Shown: one piece after another, positions 45,091-55,569 of the stretch
How positions within the stretch are numbered: position 1 is the first letter of the stretch
How the letters are laid out: the number at the start of each line of letters is the position of its first letter
Virus record (IMG/VR): IMGVR_UViG_3300027969_000039
Location: 62,001 to 126,000 of that record
Strand: one strand, 5' to 3'
Length of the DNA stretch: 64,000 nucleotides
Notes under the pieces: model-generated
What the model was told of the DNA's origin: nothing
Seen by the model: only the letters and a program-made list of their open reading frames with translations
Databases searched by the model: none
Translations under genes and position numbers: made by a program

Positions 45091-45257
45091 TATGCTCGTA
45101 CCACTTCTACTACAATACTTTCACCGACTAATTCTTGTGCAACTTGTTCTAACGCAGCTTGAACATCTGCACCTACAAGTCCACCATTGTCGGTGTCTGA
45201 ATCTTTAACGATTTTACTAAATTTGATGACTACTACATCTTCTACAATCTTTGCCAT
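45090..45257 (-). CDS. 55-aa hypothetical protein (not in ORF track)
   Basis: MAKIVEDVVVIKFSK...VEVVRA*; GGAG RBS; ATAAATA at 45289-45283. Confidence 0.65.
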   Translation of the reverse strand: MAKIVEDVVVIKFSKIVKDSDTDNGGLVGADVQAALEQVAQELVGESIVVEVVRA

Positions 45258-45293
45258 GGTAAATACTCCATTATTAATAGAGTATTTATCATT

Positions 45294-46022
45294 TCAGACA
45301 GGTACGGGTCGCTTTTCTAATTTATAGCGTTTTCCAAGCATATGTCCATACATTAATATCAAATAGCTTAGTGTACTTTCATTGTCATAGTCAATAGAAT
45401 GATTTCCGCTAGTATAGCGATATTGCCAACTATTAATTGAAGCAATTGGGCGTCTAATATAGTCATTTAACCATATTTTCAATGCATTACTTGGAACCAA
45501 TTCTTTACTTTTCTTGATGGTATCGTGCAAATCTTTAATAAAATCTCTTTCTTCAATATACTTAGATTTTAAATAAATTCTATACTTGTGCTTTGGCTCA
45601 TTGACATAATACTTTGTACCAGCAAACTGCTCCAATTGCACTTCTGTGATTTTTACGGTAACTAGTCCAAGATCCTTCAATGTAAGCAACAAATCTAAAT
45701 TGTTGCTGTACACTGACATAGTATCCATCTCAAGTCTGAAAGTTACTAATCCGGGATTTTTGTTACTGTTACGCCAATCAATGAAGTTATTAAGTTCATT
45801 GATTTTCTCCATCGTTACTGCTTTTCTATCTGCTCGTACCTTGCGATATCCGGTCTCATTCAATCTCCTAATCAACTCACCCGGAGATTTAACATAATTA
45901 GTGAATGCTAATCCATCGATAGTAAATTTAGCCCGATATCTATAGTTGTTGTAATAATTAGTTTCCTTATATTCATAAAAATCAATATTAGGAATGTTTT
46001 CAACTGACCTCAATAATCCCAT
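45294..46022 (-). CDS. hypothetical protein
   Basis: 242-aa ORF overlapping the end of clpA. Confidence 0.7.
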   Translation of the reverse strand: MGLLRSVENIPNIDFYEYKETNYYNNYRYRAKFTIDGLAFTNYVKSPGELIRRLNETGYRKVRADRKAVTMEKINELNNFIDWRNSNKNPGLVTFRLEMDTMSVYSNNLDLLLTLKDLGLVTVKITEVQLEQFAGTKYYVNEPKHKYRIYLKSKYIEERDFIKDLHDTIKKSKELVPSNALKIWLNDYIRRPIASINSWQYRYTSGNHSIDYDNESTLSYLILMYGHMLGKRYKLEKRPVPV

Positions 46023-48261
46023 CTTCGTTCACCTTGGCTGTTAGTTTATGTGTTACTGCAAAATCAATTGCACCTTCGTTCATCACTACATTGATTGTAG
46101 CAGATTTAATACGTTCAAACAAGACTTTTTTACTTAGAGGTACCCGAATCAATTCATCAATCTTGCGACTTAATGGTCGTGCGCCCATCTTCTTATCGTA
46201 TCCTTGCTCTGCCAAATACTCAACTACTGGTTCACTTAGATTCAATACAATATCATGCTTGTCAACCAAACTCTTTTTCAAGTCATCGGTAAACTTGATA
46301 ACAATCTTCTTAATCGCAAGTGTATCCAATTTGTTAAACTTGCAAATCAAGTCAACACGATTTCTAAACTCGGGCTTGAAGAATTCTTTCAATGCTTTGT
46401 CATCTTCACCGGTCTTCTCTTGTGTGCCGAAGCCGATGTTGTTGCGTTCGCTATCACTACTACCTAAATTACTGGTCATGATAATGATACTGTTCTTACA
46501 GTTAACTTGCTTACCATTACTTCCAGTGATATGACCTTCGTCCAACATCTGCAAGAAGATGTTAAAGATATCTGGATGTGCTTTCTCAACTTCATCAAAC
46601 AACATGATCGAATGTGGGTTCTTGCTCAAGTCATTGATCAATCGTCCACCTGACACTTGACTATCACCAAACCCAACATAACCCGGGGGAGGTCCAATCA
46701 AACTACTTACGCTATGTTTTTCTGAGTATTCGCTCATGTCATACTTAAGCAACGGCATGTCTAAATTCTTGCTTAGTAGTTTAGCAAGTTCAGTCTTACC
46801 GGTACCAGTTGGTCCCAAGAACAAGAAACTACCTGTTGGCTTAGTGTCATTACCAATACCAGCAAAGTTAACATAGACTCGCTCAAGTACCTGTTGTACA
46901 GTTTCATCTTGTCCGTATAGTTTGTCTTTGATGTTTGATTCTAAATTTTGAATCAATTCAAAGTTATCACCCTTCATTTTATCAGCAGGTACTCCAGTGA
47001 ATCGTTCAACTTGGTCAAACACAAGTTCTTTAGTAATGATTGCACCTTTGTTTTCTGCTACACGCTGTTTAGCACAAGCAGCATCAAGCAAATCAATAGA
47101 TTTATCTGGGTTCTTACGGTCATGAATATAGCGGTCAGCACTTTCAACTGCTGCTTTGATTGCCTCATCAGTAATTTCAACATTGTGAAAATCATTTAGT
47201 CTAAGACTCAATCCATTAAGAATGCGAATTGTTGTATCGTGGTTAGGTTCATCAACTGAGATACGATAGAACCTACGCATCAACGCACGGTCCTTCTCAA
47301 AGCTATCATAGTATTCTTCCCATGTTGTACTAGCAATAACTTTAAGAGTACCTTTAGTAATTGCAGGTTTAATCATGTTACTGAAATCAACCGACCCATT
47401 GTTAGCACCACCTGCGCCTTGCATAGTATGTGCCTCGTCAATAAAAAGAATAGTCTTTTTCTTTGTGTTCAATGCCTCAAGTACTTGCTTAACCTTTTCC
47501 TCAAAGTCACCGCGATACTTACTACCTGCAAGTAGTGACCCAATCTCTAAACTGTATAGTTGATGGTCTTGCAAGAATTCAGGCACTTCTTTATTAATCA
47601 TCATCTGTGCTAGACCTTCAGCAATTGCTGTTTTACCAACACCAGGATCACCGACCATCAATACATTACTCTTAAACCGTTTAGCAAGTACGTTAATGAT
47701 ATCATCAAGTTCTTTGCTACGACCAATCAATGGCTCAAGTTTACCTTGTGCTGCTAGTTGTGTCAGGTTGATTGTGTATTCTTCTAGTATCTCATCAGCT
47801 TGGTTCTCTGTTAGATTTCCAGTCTCACCATGCTTATAATGTTTTTGCCAATGTGATACAAATTCGTTTTTGTTAATTCCGTATTTCAACAAGAAATAAT
47901 GTGCATGGCTATTGCCTTCTGACGCAATGCTTAAGTATAAGTCAACAGTAGTAACCTGTCTACGACCACTAAACAATACTTGTGTGACGCAACGATTCAT
48001 AACACGCTCTAAACTATTTGTTTTGCGTGGAACTACATCGTCATCTTTGCTTACGATAGCATGTAAACTATCTAAGTATGCATTAATCTCTTGATCCATT
48101 GTTTCAACGTCTGCACCAAAACTATGCAAACATTTTTTGAATGAATTATGATTTATCAGTCCAAGTAGTAAATGTTCCACGGTTACATATTGATGTTTTC
48201 TTTCTTTAGCATAATGAATCGCTTGTTCAATAATACTATCTATTTCGGGTGAATGGTTCAT
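46000..48261 (-). CDS. clpA: ClpA-like Hsp100 AAA+ chaperone
   Basis: Clp N-domain (EHLLL); GDPGVGKT and GPTGTGKT Walker A motifs; IGF ClpP-docking loop. Confidence 0.92.
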   Translation of the reverse strand: MNHSPEIDSIIEQAIHYAKERKHQYVTVEHLLLGLINHNSFKKCLHSFGADVETMDQEINAYLDSLHAIVSKDDDVVPRKTNSLERVMNRCVTQVLFSGRRQVTTVDLYLSIASEGNSHAHYFLLKYGINKNEFVSHWQKHYKHGETGNLTENQADEILEEYTINLTQLAAQGKLEPLIGRSKELDDIINVLAKRFKSNVLMVGDPGVGKTAIAEGLAQMMINKEVPEFLQDHQLYSLEIGSLLAGSKYRGDFEEKVKQVLEALNTKKKTILFIDEAHTMQGAGGANNGSVDFSNMIKPAITKGTLKVIASTTWEEYYDSFEKDRALMRRFYRISVDEPNHDTTIRILNGLSLRLNDFHNVEITDEAIKAAVESADRYIHDRKNPDKSIDLLDAACAKQRVAENKGAIITKELVFDQVERFTGVPADKMKGDNFELIQNLESNIKDKLYGQDETVQQVLERVYVNFAGIGNDTKPTGSFLFLGPTGTGKTELAKLLSKNLDMPLLKYDMSEYSEKHSVSSLIGPPPGYVGFGDSQVSGGRLINDLSKNPHSIMLFDEVEKAHPDIFNIFLQMLDEGHITGSNGKQVNCKNSIIIMTSNLGSSDSERNNIGFGTQEKTGEDDKALKEFFKPEFRNRVDLICKFNKLDTLAIKKIVIKFTDDLKKSLVDKHDIVLNLSEPVVEYLAEQGYDKKMGARPLSRKIDELIRVPLSKKVLFERIKSATINVVMNEGAIDFAVTHKLTAKVNEDGIIEVS

Positions 48262-49061
48262 TTTTGATTCCTTTGTTGTTTGTATGCTGCAATAGTATTT
48301 ACTAATTGTTCGTCTATGATATCAGGTATGAATGGCTTAAACAATATAATTTGGTCTCCGTAAACTGTTGAGTTAGGTATAGGCATCCCATGCCCTGCTA
48401 ATTTTAATTGCATATATGGTTGTGTTTTTGGTTTAACTGTAACCTCTAATGTCTTTCCAGACAATGTTGTGAATTCAAAAGTTGTTCCAACAATTAAATC
48501 TAATACTGATATCGGGTGATTACATGATAAATCATTACCTTGTCTATCATATTTAAGATGGTTCTCCACTCTGAAATCTACCATTAAACTAGCACCATCT
48601 ATGACATTATCAATACGCATCTGATTGCCGTTGTTAATTCCTTTAGGTACTTGGATAGTAATAGCATGAGTGTTAGTGGGTGTTTGTAATTTTAATATTT
48701 GCTCTCCACCATAATATGCTTGTTCAAGTGTGATTCCTACTGTGGTTCTAAATGTTTGTGGTTGTTTGCGCTGTTGGCTAAACGGGTCAAACGGGTTGCC
48801 TCCGCCAAACATCTGACTAAAGATATGTTCAAACCCTGGGGGAACACCAGCTTGCTGATGAAATCCTTGGGGAGCAGGATTGTCGTATTGTTGTCGTTTG
48901 TTTGTATCGCTTAGTGTATCATAAGCGGCTTGAATATCTTGGAATTTAGCCTTGTCTCCGCCCTTGTCAGGATGATGCTGACTGGCTAGTTTCCTATATG
49001 CTTTTTTAATTTCGTCAGGTGATGCGTTTTTAGCTACACCTAATGTAGTATAATGATCCAT
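48258..49061 (-). CDS. dnaJ: type II DnaJ/CbpA-like co-chaperone
   Basis: J-domain with HPD; G/F-rich linker; no zinc finger. Confidence 0.88.
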   Translation of the reverse strand: MDHYTTLGVAKNASPDEIKKAYRKLASQHHPDKGGDKAKFQDIQAAYDTLSDTNKRQQYDNPAPQGFHQQAGVPPGFEHIFSQMFGGGNPFDPFSQQRKQPQTFRTTVGITLEQAYYGGEQILKLQTPTNTHAITIQVPKGINNGNQMRIDNVIDGASLMVDFRVENHLKYDRQGNDLSCNHPISVLDLIVGTTFEFTTLSGKTLEVTVKPKTQPYMQLKLAGHGMPIPNSTVYGDQIILFKPFIPDIIDEQLVNTIAAYKQQRNQK

Positions 49062-49067
49062 TCAATT

Positions 49068-49096
49068 ATTATAGCACAACATTATGCTAATGTCAA
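49068..49096 (-). promoter_or_regulatory. consensus sigma70 promoter, probably leaderless
   Basis: TTGACA-N17-TATAAT; ATG 6 nt downstream. Confidence 0.85.
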
Positions 49097-49101
49097 CACC
49101 T

Positions 49102-49701
49102 TTAGTTAGCGCCGGCAACCTTTTCTTTAGTACGACCGTATGCTGCAATACCCAAAACAGCACCCATAGCGATATGATATAGTCCTGCACCTTGTAGTGT
49201 CAATGGTTGCCATTGACTAGTTACTGCACCTTTACTGAGTGCTTGTAGTAGACTCCAAAGAATTGGGAACACAATGAAATCAGTAAGGCATGTAGCCATA
49301 TATAGCCATCCCATTGCGGGACGCCATTTTGAATTTATCCAATGTTCACTTTCTTTATCATTTGCAACTAATACATCAGCACCGCTTGCTGCATTAGTGG
49401 GTGCTGCACCAGTTAGTACTGGTTGTTGTCCACTTGATTGATTGATGTTTTGAGTACTTCCAAATCCTGTGTTTGGTTGTTGGTTGAAGCTAGGGGAGTT
49501 AAAACTGTTTTGATTGAATCCAGACGCTCCCGTTCCAAACGTTGAATTTCCACCAAAGCCTGTTGTAGTATTTGTTGTTCCATAAGTACTTCCTTGTGGA
49601 AATTGCGGAATTGTTGGATCCGCTGCTAACAAATCATGTTGATCATCACTCTTTGCTACTGCTAAATCTGTTGACGCTTTTTGTGCTAGAATAGTTGCCA
49701 T
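49102..49701 (-). CDS. holin-like membrane protein with low-complexity N-terminus
   Basis: C-terminal WRPAMGW...LGIAAYGRT.EK resembles 3TM holins. Confidence 0.6.
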   Translation of the reverse strand: MATILAQKASTDLAVAKSDDQHDLLAADPTIPQFPQGSTYGTTNTTTGFGGNSTFGTGASGFNQNSFNSPSFNQQPNTGFGSTQNINQSSGQQPVLTGAAPTNAASGADVLVANDKESEHWINSKWRPAMGWLYMATCLTDFIVFPILWSLLQALSKGAVTSQWQPLTLQGAGLYHIAMGAVLGIAAYGRTKEKVAGAN

Positions 49702-49702
49702 T

Positions 49703-50251
49703 TTATAATCCTGCCATTGCTATGTATGCTTGTATCTCACTATCTGGTTTACCATATAATTTTACAGTTTCTAGTCCGGCGCGTCTACGCATCTCATTTA
49801 AATCTTCTTGGTTTTCTTCTTCAACACGATATTCGTGTGGACTAATAGTAATTACTTGCTTCAATACTTCCGGGTCAGCATCGTATTCTTCTTCATCAAT
49901 AGAAATAGTCCAATCATTTATTGTTAACTCGGTAAGTGTTTCTAAATCATCAATCAATTCTACAATGCGTTCTGGAACTTTTGTTCTACGCTTCATCTCA
50001 ACAAATACTAGATACTTACCAGGACTTAATTCACCTTCGCTTAAGCTAGAATCTAGTATCCAATCATATCCACGCTCAAACCAGTCAACCAAATCATTTC
50101 CTGCTGCTTCGCTTTTAACAACAAATGCCAATGTAACAATGTCACTGTCTTTGCCCATCTTAGCAGCATACTCATCTACAGAAACGGTAGGTTCTATTTG
50201 ATCTACCATATCCAAATAATCTAAGCCTTCATTAATGATTCTTCTTGTCAT
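49703..50251 (-). CDS. hypothetical phage protein
   Basis: 182-aa ORF; N-terminus MTRRIINE. Confidence 0.75.
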   Translation of the reverse strand: MTRRIINEGLDYLDMVDQIEPTVSVDEYAAKMGKDSDIVTLAFVVKSEAAGNDLVDWFERGYDWILDSSLSEGELSPGKYLVFVEMKRRTKVPERIVELIDDLETLTELTINDWTISIDEEEYDADPEVLKQVITISPHEYRVEEENQEDLNEMRRRAGLETVKLYGKPDSEIQAYIAMAGL

Positions 50252-50259
50252 GTTATACC

Positions 50260-50874
50260 TTACATTGGGGCTGCGGTTCCGGCGGCGGGCGGAGCACCTG
50301 GTGGCATACCGCCCATTCCTGCATCGCCTGCCTCTTGTTCTTCTGTGTCTTGCCCATCGTCTTTATCTAAATCTTCATCGTATGAATTATCTAATTCTTC
50401 CAGATCAATTGTCTGTCCAGCTAAGTCAATAGAACCTTCTTTGATATCATCTAGTAATTCTTTAGGAATCTCAATGTAAACAAACCAAACCTTCTTTGGT
50501 TTCATCTTTGGATATCTACCACCAGGAACAAAATCTTCGTAATCTTTAACTTCTACTGGAACTTCTATCTCGCTTTTAGCAAACTTAACTTTACACCCAA
50601 TTGCTACTAATCGTCTAGCACCCTTTGGATTTGGCATTAAATCATATGGCCACATGAATATGCAGTTGACAGAATAGCGTTTTACCATTGGACCTTGGAC
50701 TAATTCACCTAGTTCCCAGTTTCTGTATGCATATAAATCAGATTCATCTAGTACTCTTTCAAAGTCTAGCAGGGTATTCATTGAACCATCGCTGGTAAAT
50801 ATGCCCTTTACGGTGTCAATAATGCTGACGTAATCAACATTGTCAAAGAAATTGTCGGCGGTTTCGTGCTTCAT
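50260..50874 (-). CDS. hypothetical phage protein
   Basis: 204-aa ORF; ATG 5 nt after ATAAATA (50886-50880). Confidence 0.75.
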   Translation of the reverse strand: MKHETADNFFDNVDYVSIIDTVKGIFTSDGSMNTLLDFERVLDESDLYAYRNWELGELVQGPMVKRYSVNCIFMWPYDLMPNPKGARRLVAIGCKVKFAKSEIEVPVEVKDYEDFVPGGRYPKMKPKKVWFVYIEIPKELLDDIKEGSIDLAGQTIDLEELDNSYDEDLDKDDGQDTEEQEAGDAGMGGMPPGAPPAAGTAAPM

Positions 50875-51044
50875 TAATATATTTATCTTTTATTGATTAT
50901 TAGCACTAATAAGAAATACTTGACCGTAGCCTTATATTTAGTCTACAGAATTGTGTTAAAAGTATGTTACTTTACATCATCAAAATTCATTTAAATAATA
51001 ATGAGTATTATGAGTACTCACGCTCTTATGAAGGAGAATTTACA

Positions 51045-51827
51045 TTGAGCAAACGGAAAACCAGTGCTTTACGCACTACCCAGCAAGATCCTCGCTTTAC
51101 AAGCAAAAAAACAAATCAAACTTTTTACATGAAAGAATCAAAAACAATAGACTTTTCACAGGCTCAGAAATCTGTACGTATCAATAAAAGACCCGTACAG
51201 TTAGTTCCCAAATCACTGAATCAAGAAAATTACATTATCGCACTATTAGATGAGAACACCGATATCGTTGTTGTCACTGGTCCTGCGGGCACAGGTAAAA
51301 CTTATTTGGCGATGCAAGCAGCTATTAAAGCAATGCGTGATGGTGAATGTGATAGAATCATATTATCCAGACCGGCAGTAGGGGTAGATGATGAAAAACA
51401 CGGGTTCTTGCCCGGTGATATCAATCAAAAGATGGAACCGTGGACAAGACCATTAATGGATGTATTACGTGAGTACTACACACAGTCAGAAATTACTCAT
51501 ATGTTAGAAGAACAAATCATAGAGATTGCCCCATTGGCATTCTGTCGTGGTCGTAACTTCAAACATAGTTGGGTAGTGTTAGATGAAGCGCAAAATGCAA
51601 CACCTGGTCAACTCAAAATGATTATGACTAGAATCGGCGTTGGCAGTAAGATTGTAATTACTGGCGATATTGAACAAGCCGATAGAAAATCAGCCGACAA
51701 TGGGCTACTAGACTTACAAAATCGATTGAGGAAGGGGGTGATACCAGGGTTGCAATTATGTACCTTTGACATTAAAGATGTTCAGAGGCACCGCATCATT
51801 GAACATGTACTAAACTTGTACAGTTAA
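51045..51827 (+). CDS. phoH: PhoH-family ATPase
   Basis: GPAGTGKT, RGR and DEAQN motifs; TTG start after AAGGAG. Confidence 0.92.
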   Translation: MSKRKTSALRTTQQDPRFTSKKTNQTFYMKESKTIDFSQAQKSVRINKRPVQLVPKSLNQENYIIALLDENTDIVVVTGPAGTGKTYLAMQAAIKAMRDGECDRIILSRPAVGVDDEKHGFLPGDINQKMEPWTRPLMDVLREYYTQSEITHMLEEQIIEIAPLAFCRGRNFKHSWVVLDEAQNATPGQLKMIMTRIGVGSKIVITGDIEQADRKSADNGLLDLQNRLRKGVIPGLQLCTFDIKDVQRHRIIEHVLNLYS

Positions 51828-51851
51828 AAAGAGGGGCATTGCCCCTCTTTT
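51827..51851. terminator. bidirectional intrinsic terminator
   Basis: AAAAGAGGGGC-ATT-GCCCCTCTTTT between convergent genes. Confidence 0.88.
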
Positions 51852-52119
51852 ACTTCTTCTGAACTTCACTTTCAGTATTGCTTTTTTCTAACTGGTCAAT
51901 CAATGTAGGATAGACTTTTTTGTAATATTCATTTAGTTTCTCCCAACCAGTATCTACTACGTTACCTTCAATTACACATTTCTGTACTTTCTGTTTACCA
52001 TAATCTAATATGACATTGCAGGTTTGAAGGTCAGATGTGCGTAGTCTTTTACTAATACTAACTTGTTCATCAATTTGTCCGTTTGGCTTACGAACAAATA
52101 TAATCAATAAATATCTCAC
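51850..52119 (-). CDS. hypothetical protein
   Basis: 89-aa ORF. Confidence 0.65.
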   Translation of the reverse strand: MRYLLIIFVRKPNGQIDEQVSISKRLRTSDLQTCNVILDYGKQKVQKCVIEGNVVDTGWEKLNEYYKKVYPTLIDQLEKSNTESEVQKK

Positions 52120-53042
52120 GATGTTAACTCCACTAAGGTTGCTGCTAGACTAATTTCAGGGATTCCTACTAACGGCAATTGTGCAAGACCATTGCGAATG
52201 AATATGATACTTGCATCACGCTTTTCTTGCTGTGTGCCCCACAAGTCTAAGTTATCGTACATCCATTTATATGTATCTTCGATACGTGTTGGATATAATG
52301 CAATGTATTGCATCAGTTGCTGACGACCTTCAATAATCTTTCCGGCTTTAAACAAAGTTGTTGCTTCTAACAATAACTCATGTTCGCTGTTACCCTGTGA
52401 TTGCGGGGGCAATAGTTTACCTGTGCTGCTATTGACTTGTAGTTGATTCAGACATTTACGTAAGTCTGGGTATGCCACACGCACATAGCTGTCCAATGTA
52501 TCTAAATCAAACTCTACTCCCTCAGTTACAAGAACCGTTGCGGCTCTTGCTGTATATTCTGTGCGATCGGGTTTAGCGATATGAAACTTGTGGCAACGAC
52601 TCTCACGCAATGCTGGAATGATTTTGTGTTCATAGTTACAAGTAAGAATGAACCTCACTGTATCAGCATATGCTTCCATATCGTTACGCAATGCTGCTTG
52701 AAACTCTGGGCTTGTATAGTCAGCCTCGTCAAGTAATATCACTTTGAACTTACCAAACGGCATTGTCTGTGCGAATCCATTGATCTTATCACGCACAATT
52801 GCAACACCATTCTCACGACTTGCATTGATTTCTAGTACATCATAATCTTCTACACCTAACTCATTTATCAATACTTTAGCTAATGTAGTCTTACCAGTAC
52901 CGGGGTCACCACTCAACAATAAATGAGGGATACTACCATTAGTGATCCAACCTTCTACTTGTTGTTTTTGTCGTTCGTCTACGAATACATAATCTGTTAC
53001 AGATTTTGGACGATACTTTTCTACCCAAAGTTGATTCTTCAT
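52116..53042 (-). CDS. clamp loader AAA+ subunit (gp44/RFC-like)
   Basis: WVEKYRP, GDPGTGKT, DEAD and SRC motifs. Confidence 0.92.
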   Translation of the reverse strand: MKNQLWVEKYRPKSVTDYVFVDERQKQQVEGWITNGSIPHLLLSGDPGTGKTTLAKVLINELGVEDYDVLEINASRENGVAIVRDKINGFAQTMPFGKFKVILLDEADYTSPEFQAALRNDMEAYADTVRFILTCNYEHKIIPALRESRCHKFHIAKPDRTEYTARAATVLVTEGVEFDLDTLDSYVRVAYPDLRKCLNQLQVNSSTGKLLPPQSQGNSEHELLLEATTLFKAGKIIEGRQQLMQYIALYPTRIEDTYKWMYDNLDLWGTQQEKRDASIIFIRNGLAQLPLVGIPEISLAATLVELTS

Positions 53043-53347
53043 TTTCTAAGCATTTCAAAAGTTATGATGTGTGCGATACTTTGACCTAAGTCTTGGTCAC
53101 TAGTGATGATATGCAATGCTGTACTGCGTTCATCTGTTCTAGGGTCATACGTACTATATTCCATTACATATCCACCGTTTGCTGAATAGATTGTGAAGTT
53201 CATACCATTATGATCTAATCTACGACCTTTACTAGAAGTAACAATGTGTCGGTCCATGGGAATCAACCCATTATCACCATCACTTCGAACTTTATCCCAA
53301 TCTTCTCTAACCCAGCTAATAACTTTTTTCTTAAACCAATTTATCAT
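53039..53347 (-). CDS. hypothetical protein
   Basis: 102-aa ORF. Confidence 0.65.
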   Translation of the reverse strand: MINWFKKKVISWVREDWDKVRSDGDNGLIPMDRHIVTSSKGRRLDHNGMNFTIYSANGGYVMEYSTYDPRTDERSTALHIITSDQDLGQSIAHIITFEMLRK

Positions 53348-53757
53348 TAATACACCTTGTCGCTAAATGTTTCGTCATATACTTGTTCATCTGACGCTAA
53401 TAGTATATCACTAGGATCAACTCTACGCAATGTTTTCTTACCCGTTTCATCTTCAATATCGATTCCACGTGTCCAGCGACCATGACTTACCATGACCCAT
53501 AGTTCTTCATACAAATCAGGGTCTTTATTCTCTGCGCCAATCTTGTATATCTTTCCCCAGCGAGGTCTGATACCAGCACTTTTCATATCATCATTGGGTA
53601 GTAGTATACCGCTAGTGGTAATACGAACATCAAAACTCATATCATAAACAATGATATGTGCGCCGATTGGTTTGAATTGACTTTTCTTAAACTTATGCGG
53701 TTCAAACGCTAATTTCTTTTCGTCAGTGGTTTCAAAGTCTAGTGTAATTTCTTCCAT
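53347..53757 (-). CDS. groES: GroES-like co-chaperonin
   Basis: FKPIGAHIIV, TTSGILLP mobile loop, G.IYKIG. Confidence 0.75.
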   Translation of the reverse strand: MEEITLDFETTDEKKLAFEPHKFKKSQFKPIGAHIIVYDMSFDVRITTSGILLPNDDMKSAGIRPRWGKIYKIGAENKDPDLYEELWVMVSHGRWTRGIDIEDETGKKTLRRVDPSDILLASDEQVYDETFSDKVY

Positions 53758-53758
53758 A

Positions 53759-54139
53759 TTATTTCTTCTTGGTTGCTTTCTTTACTTCTTCTTCTTTTAT
53801 TTTTTCAACTTCAATATCATCTTCTAAAAATTCATCCAACTCACGCTCATGCTCTGTTAGTTCTGGAATTTCTACTGGTGATGCTACTTTAGCATCTGGT
53901 TGTATTTTTGATTGGGGCTTTGGTATATTTTTTGTTGCTTGTGCAGAACGATTACCTACTGTTTTCCCATATGCTTCATTAACTTTGGCAGTTACTGGTT
54001 TGATAATTCTTCCGTATGCATCAATCGTATCTCCACGTGCATTTACGCCCATGTTACCAACTGCTCTAGTTTTTTCATTCTTAGCTAGAATCGCAGACAT
54101 ATCAACTGTTTTGCCCATTGCTGTTCTATGTGTAGCCAT
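53759..54139 (-). CDS. hypothetical protein
   Basis: 126-aa ORF with a GGAG RBS. Confidence 0.7.
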   Translation of the reverse strand: MATHRTAMGKTVDMSAILAKNEKTRAVGNMGVNARGDTIDAYGRIIKPVTAKVNEAYGKTVGNRSAQATKNIPKPQSKIQPDAKVASPVEIPELTEHERELDEFLEDDIEVEKIKEEEVKKATKKK

Positions 54140-54149
54140 TTTAATCTCC

Positions 54150-54659
54150 TTATTTTAAAAATTCATCTACCGACAATTGGTAGTACAAGCTATTTATTCT
54201 GTGAATTCCTATCAAATACAATACATAGCTTGCCACACTACTACCACGACCCACTCCCCATACGATATTGTTTCTACGCATTGTGTCCACAAGGTACTTC
54301 AAGTACTGTAGTAGTGGGAACATACTCCTATCATGGAATTTTATCAGTTCATCACCTGCACGTTGTAGTTCTTCTTCGTTTTTACATTGATCCAATACCC
54401 ATTTAGCAATATCCATTTCATAGTATTCAATGGGCATGTGCCATTGTGATTGATTGTGATTATCAAATTGTTCCAATGATAACTTACTGTCAACATATTC
54501 TACTAGTATGGGTAGATTTTCGTTAGACAGAAAAATATCATCTAAGTTGATTTTCTTATCTACAAAACACCCTTTGATAGTTCGTATTGGATCACGCATA
54601 TATAAATCACAGAGATCATTTTCTGTGAGAATAATCTGCCCATACATATCTGTTTTCAT
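54150..54659 (-). CDS. DnaE (Pol III alpha) fragment-like protein
   Basis: VWGVGRGSSVASYVLYLIGI...DEFLK; ends before the PDxD catalytic motif. Confidence 0.7.
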   Translation of the reverse strand: MKTDMYGQIILTENDLCDLYMRDPIRTIKGCFVDKKINLDDIFLSNENLPILVEYVDSKLSLEQFDNHNQSQWHMPIEYYEMDIAKWVLDQCKNEEELQRAGDELIKFHDRSMFPLLQYLKYLVDTMRRNNIVWGVGRGSSVASYVLYLIGIHRINSLYYQLSVDEFLK

Positions 54660-54665
54660 CCATGA

Positions 54666-54694
54666 ATGATAACATAGACTGTTGAGCAAATCAA
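54666..54694 (-). promoter_or_regulatory. sigma70-type promoter, probably leaderless
   Basis: TTGATT-N17-TATCAT; ATG 6 nt downstream. Confidence 0.6.
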
Positions 54695-54697
54695 CAG

Positions 54698-55291
54698 TTA
54701 TGGTTGTTTATCCTGAAAAATAATTTCAGTAGTTTTGTATTCTTTTTGTTCCCAATCTAAACCAACGCTTGCCCAATCGCAATGTTGTTTAATTAGTTTA
54801 ACTATTTTTTCTTTTTTATTAGTTTTAGCTACATCAGACATAACGGTGCTGCATTCTGACCACCACGATTTATTACCAAAAGGATGGTTGCTAGCAGTAT
54901 CTATATCATATATAAATTTAACATCATCACTTAATCCAGATCGTAGTGAGATAGTATTTACATGAAGTTTACCTTCAGTGATAGCATTAAGTTTTAATAA
55001 TAATAGAATGGTTATAATTTGATCGTATGGTTCTTCTGGAAGAGTGCATACTTTAATATCTGCTTGTAGATATTTTTCTATAGCCTTTTTGTCTGTGTGT
55101 TCTACGAATACACTATTTTCTAAACACTCAGTTAAGAAATAAGTTATTCTATCCATTGCTATATTTTGCTCTTTAATAGATGCTGTATCAACTTCCATTC
55201 CTAATGAAAGTTCATATACAGTCATTAAGAAGTATCCTTCAAAATGAACCGCTGCTTGGAATGCGAATTCACGTTCTATTTTTGTTGCCAC
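54698..55291 (-). CDS. hypothetical protein
   Basis: GTG start after GAGGG; ORF 54698-55354 in the track. Confidence 0.65.
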   Translation of the reverse strand: MATKIEREFAFQAAVHFEGYFLMTVYELSLGMEVDTASIKEQNIAMDRITYFLTECLENSVFVEHTDKKAIEKYLQADIKVCTLPEEPYDQIITILLLLKLNAITEGKLHVNTISLRSGLSDDVKFIYDIDTASNHPFGNKSWWSECSTVMSDVAKTNKKEKIVKLIKQHCDWASVGLDWEQKEYKTTEIIFQDKQP

Positions 55292-55532
55292 TTTCACCCT
55301 CTTTTTGTATGTAGACTTGATTCTTGAGGTTTTGTTTTTCCATAACCTGATCAAGTTTCTCGCCAGCTTCTCTGCGATAGCTTTCGATTACCATAGTAAG
55401 CTGATTGATTAATGGACGATTACCCATTTTATAGGCAAAGTTTAGCTTATTCATTAAACCGGTGATATCGGTCTGAATTTCTTCAAGTGTCTTTTCAGAC
55501 AATTGTTTTCTGTCTAAGAATGGATGTTCCAT
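55269..55532 (-). CDS. hypothetical protein
   Basis: 87 aa; ATG 5 nt after TAAATA. Confidence 0.65.
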   Translation of the reverse strand: MEHPFLDRKQLSEKTLEEIQTDITGLMNKLNFAYKMGNRPLINQLTMVIESYRREAGEKLDQVMEKQNLKNQVYIQKEGESGNKNRT

Positions 55533-55569
55533 TCAAATATTTAGTTAGGTTTTAAGTACCCATTATATT

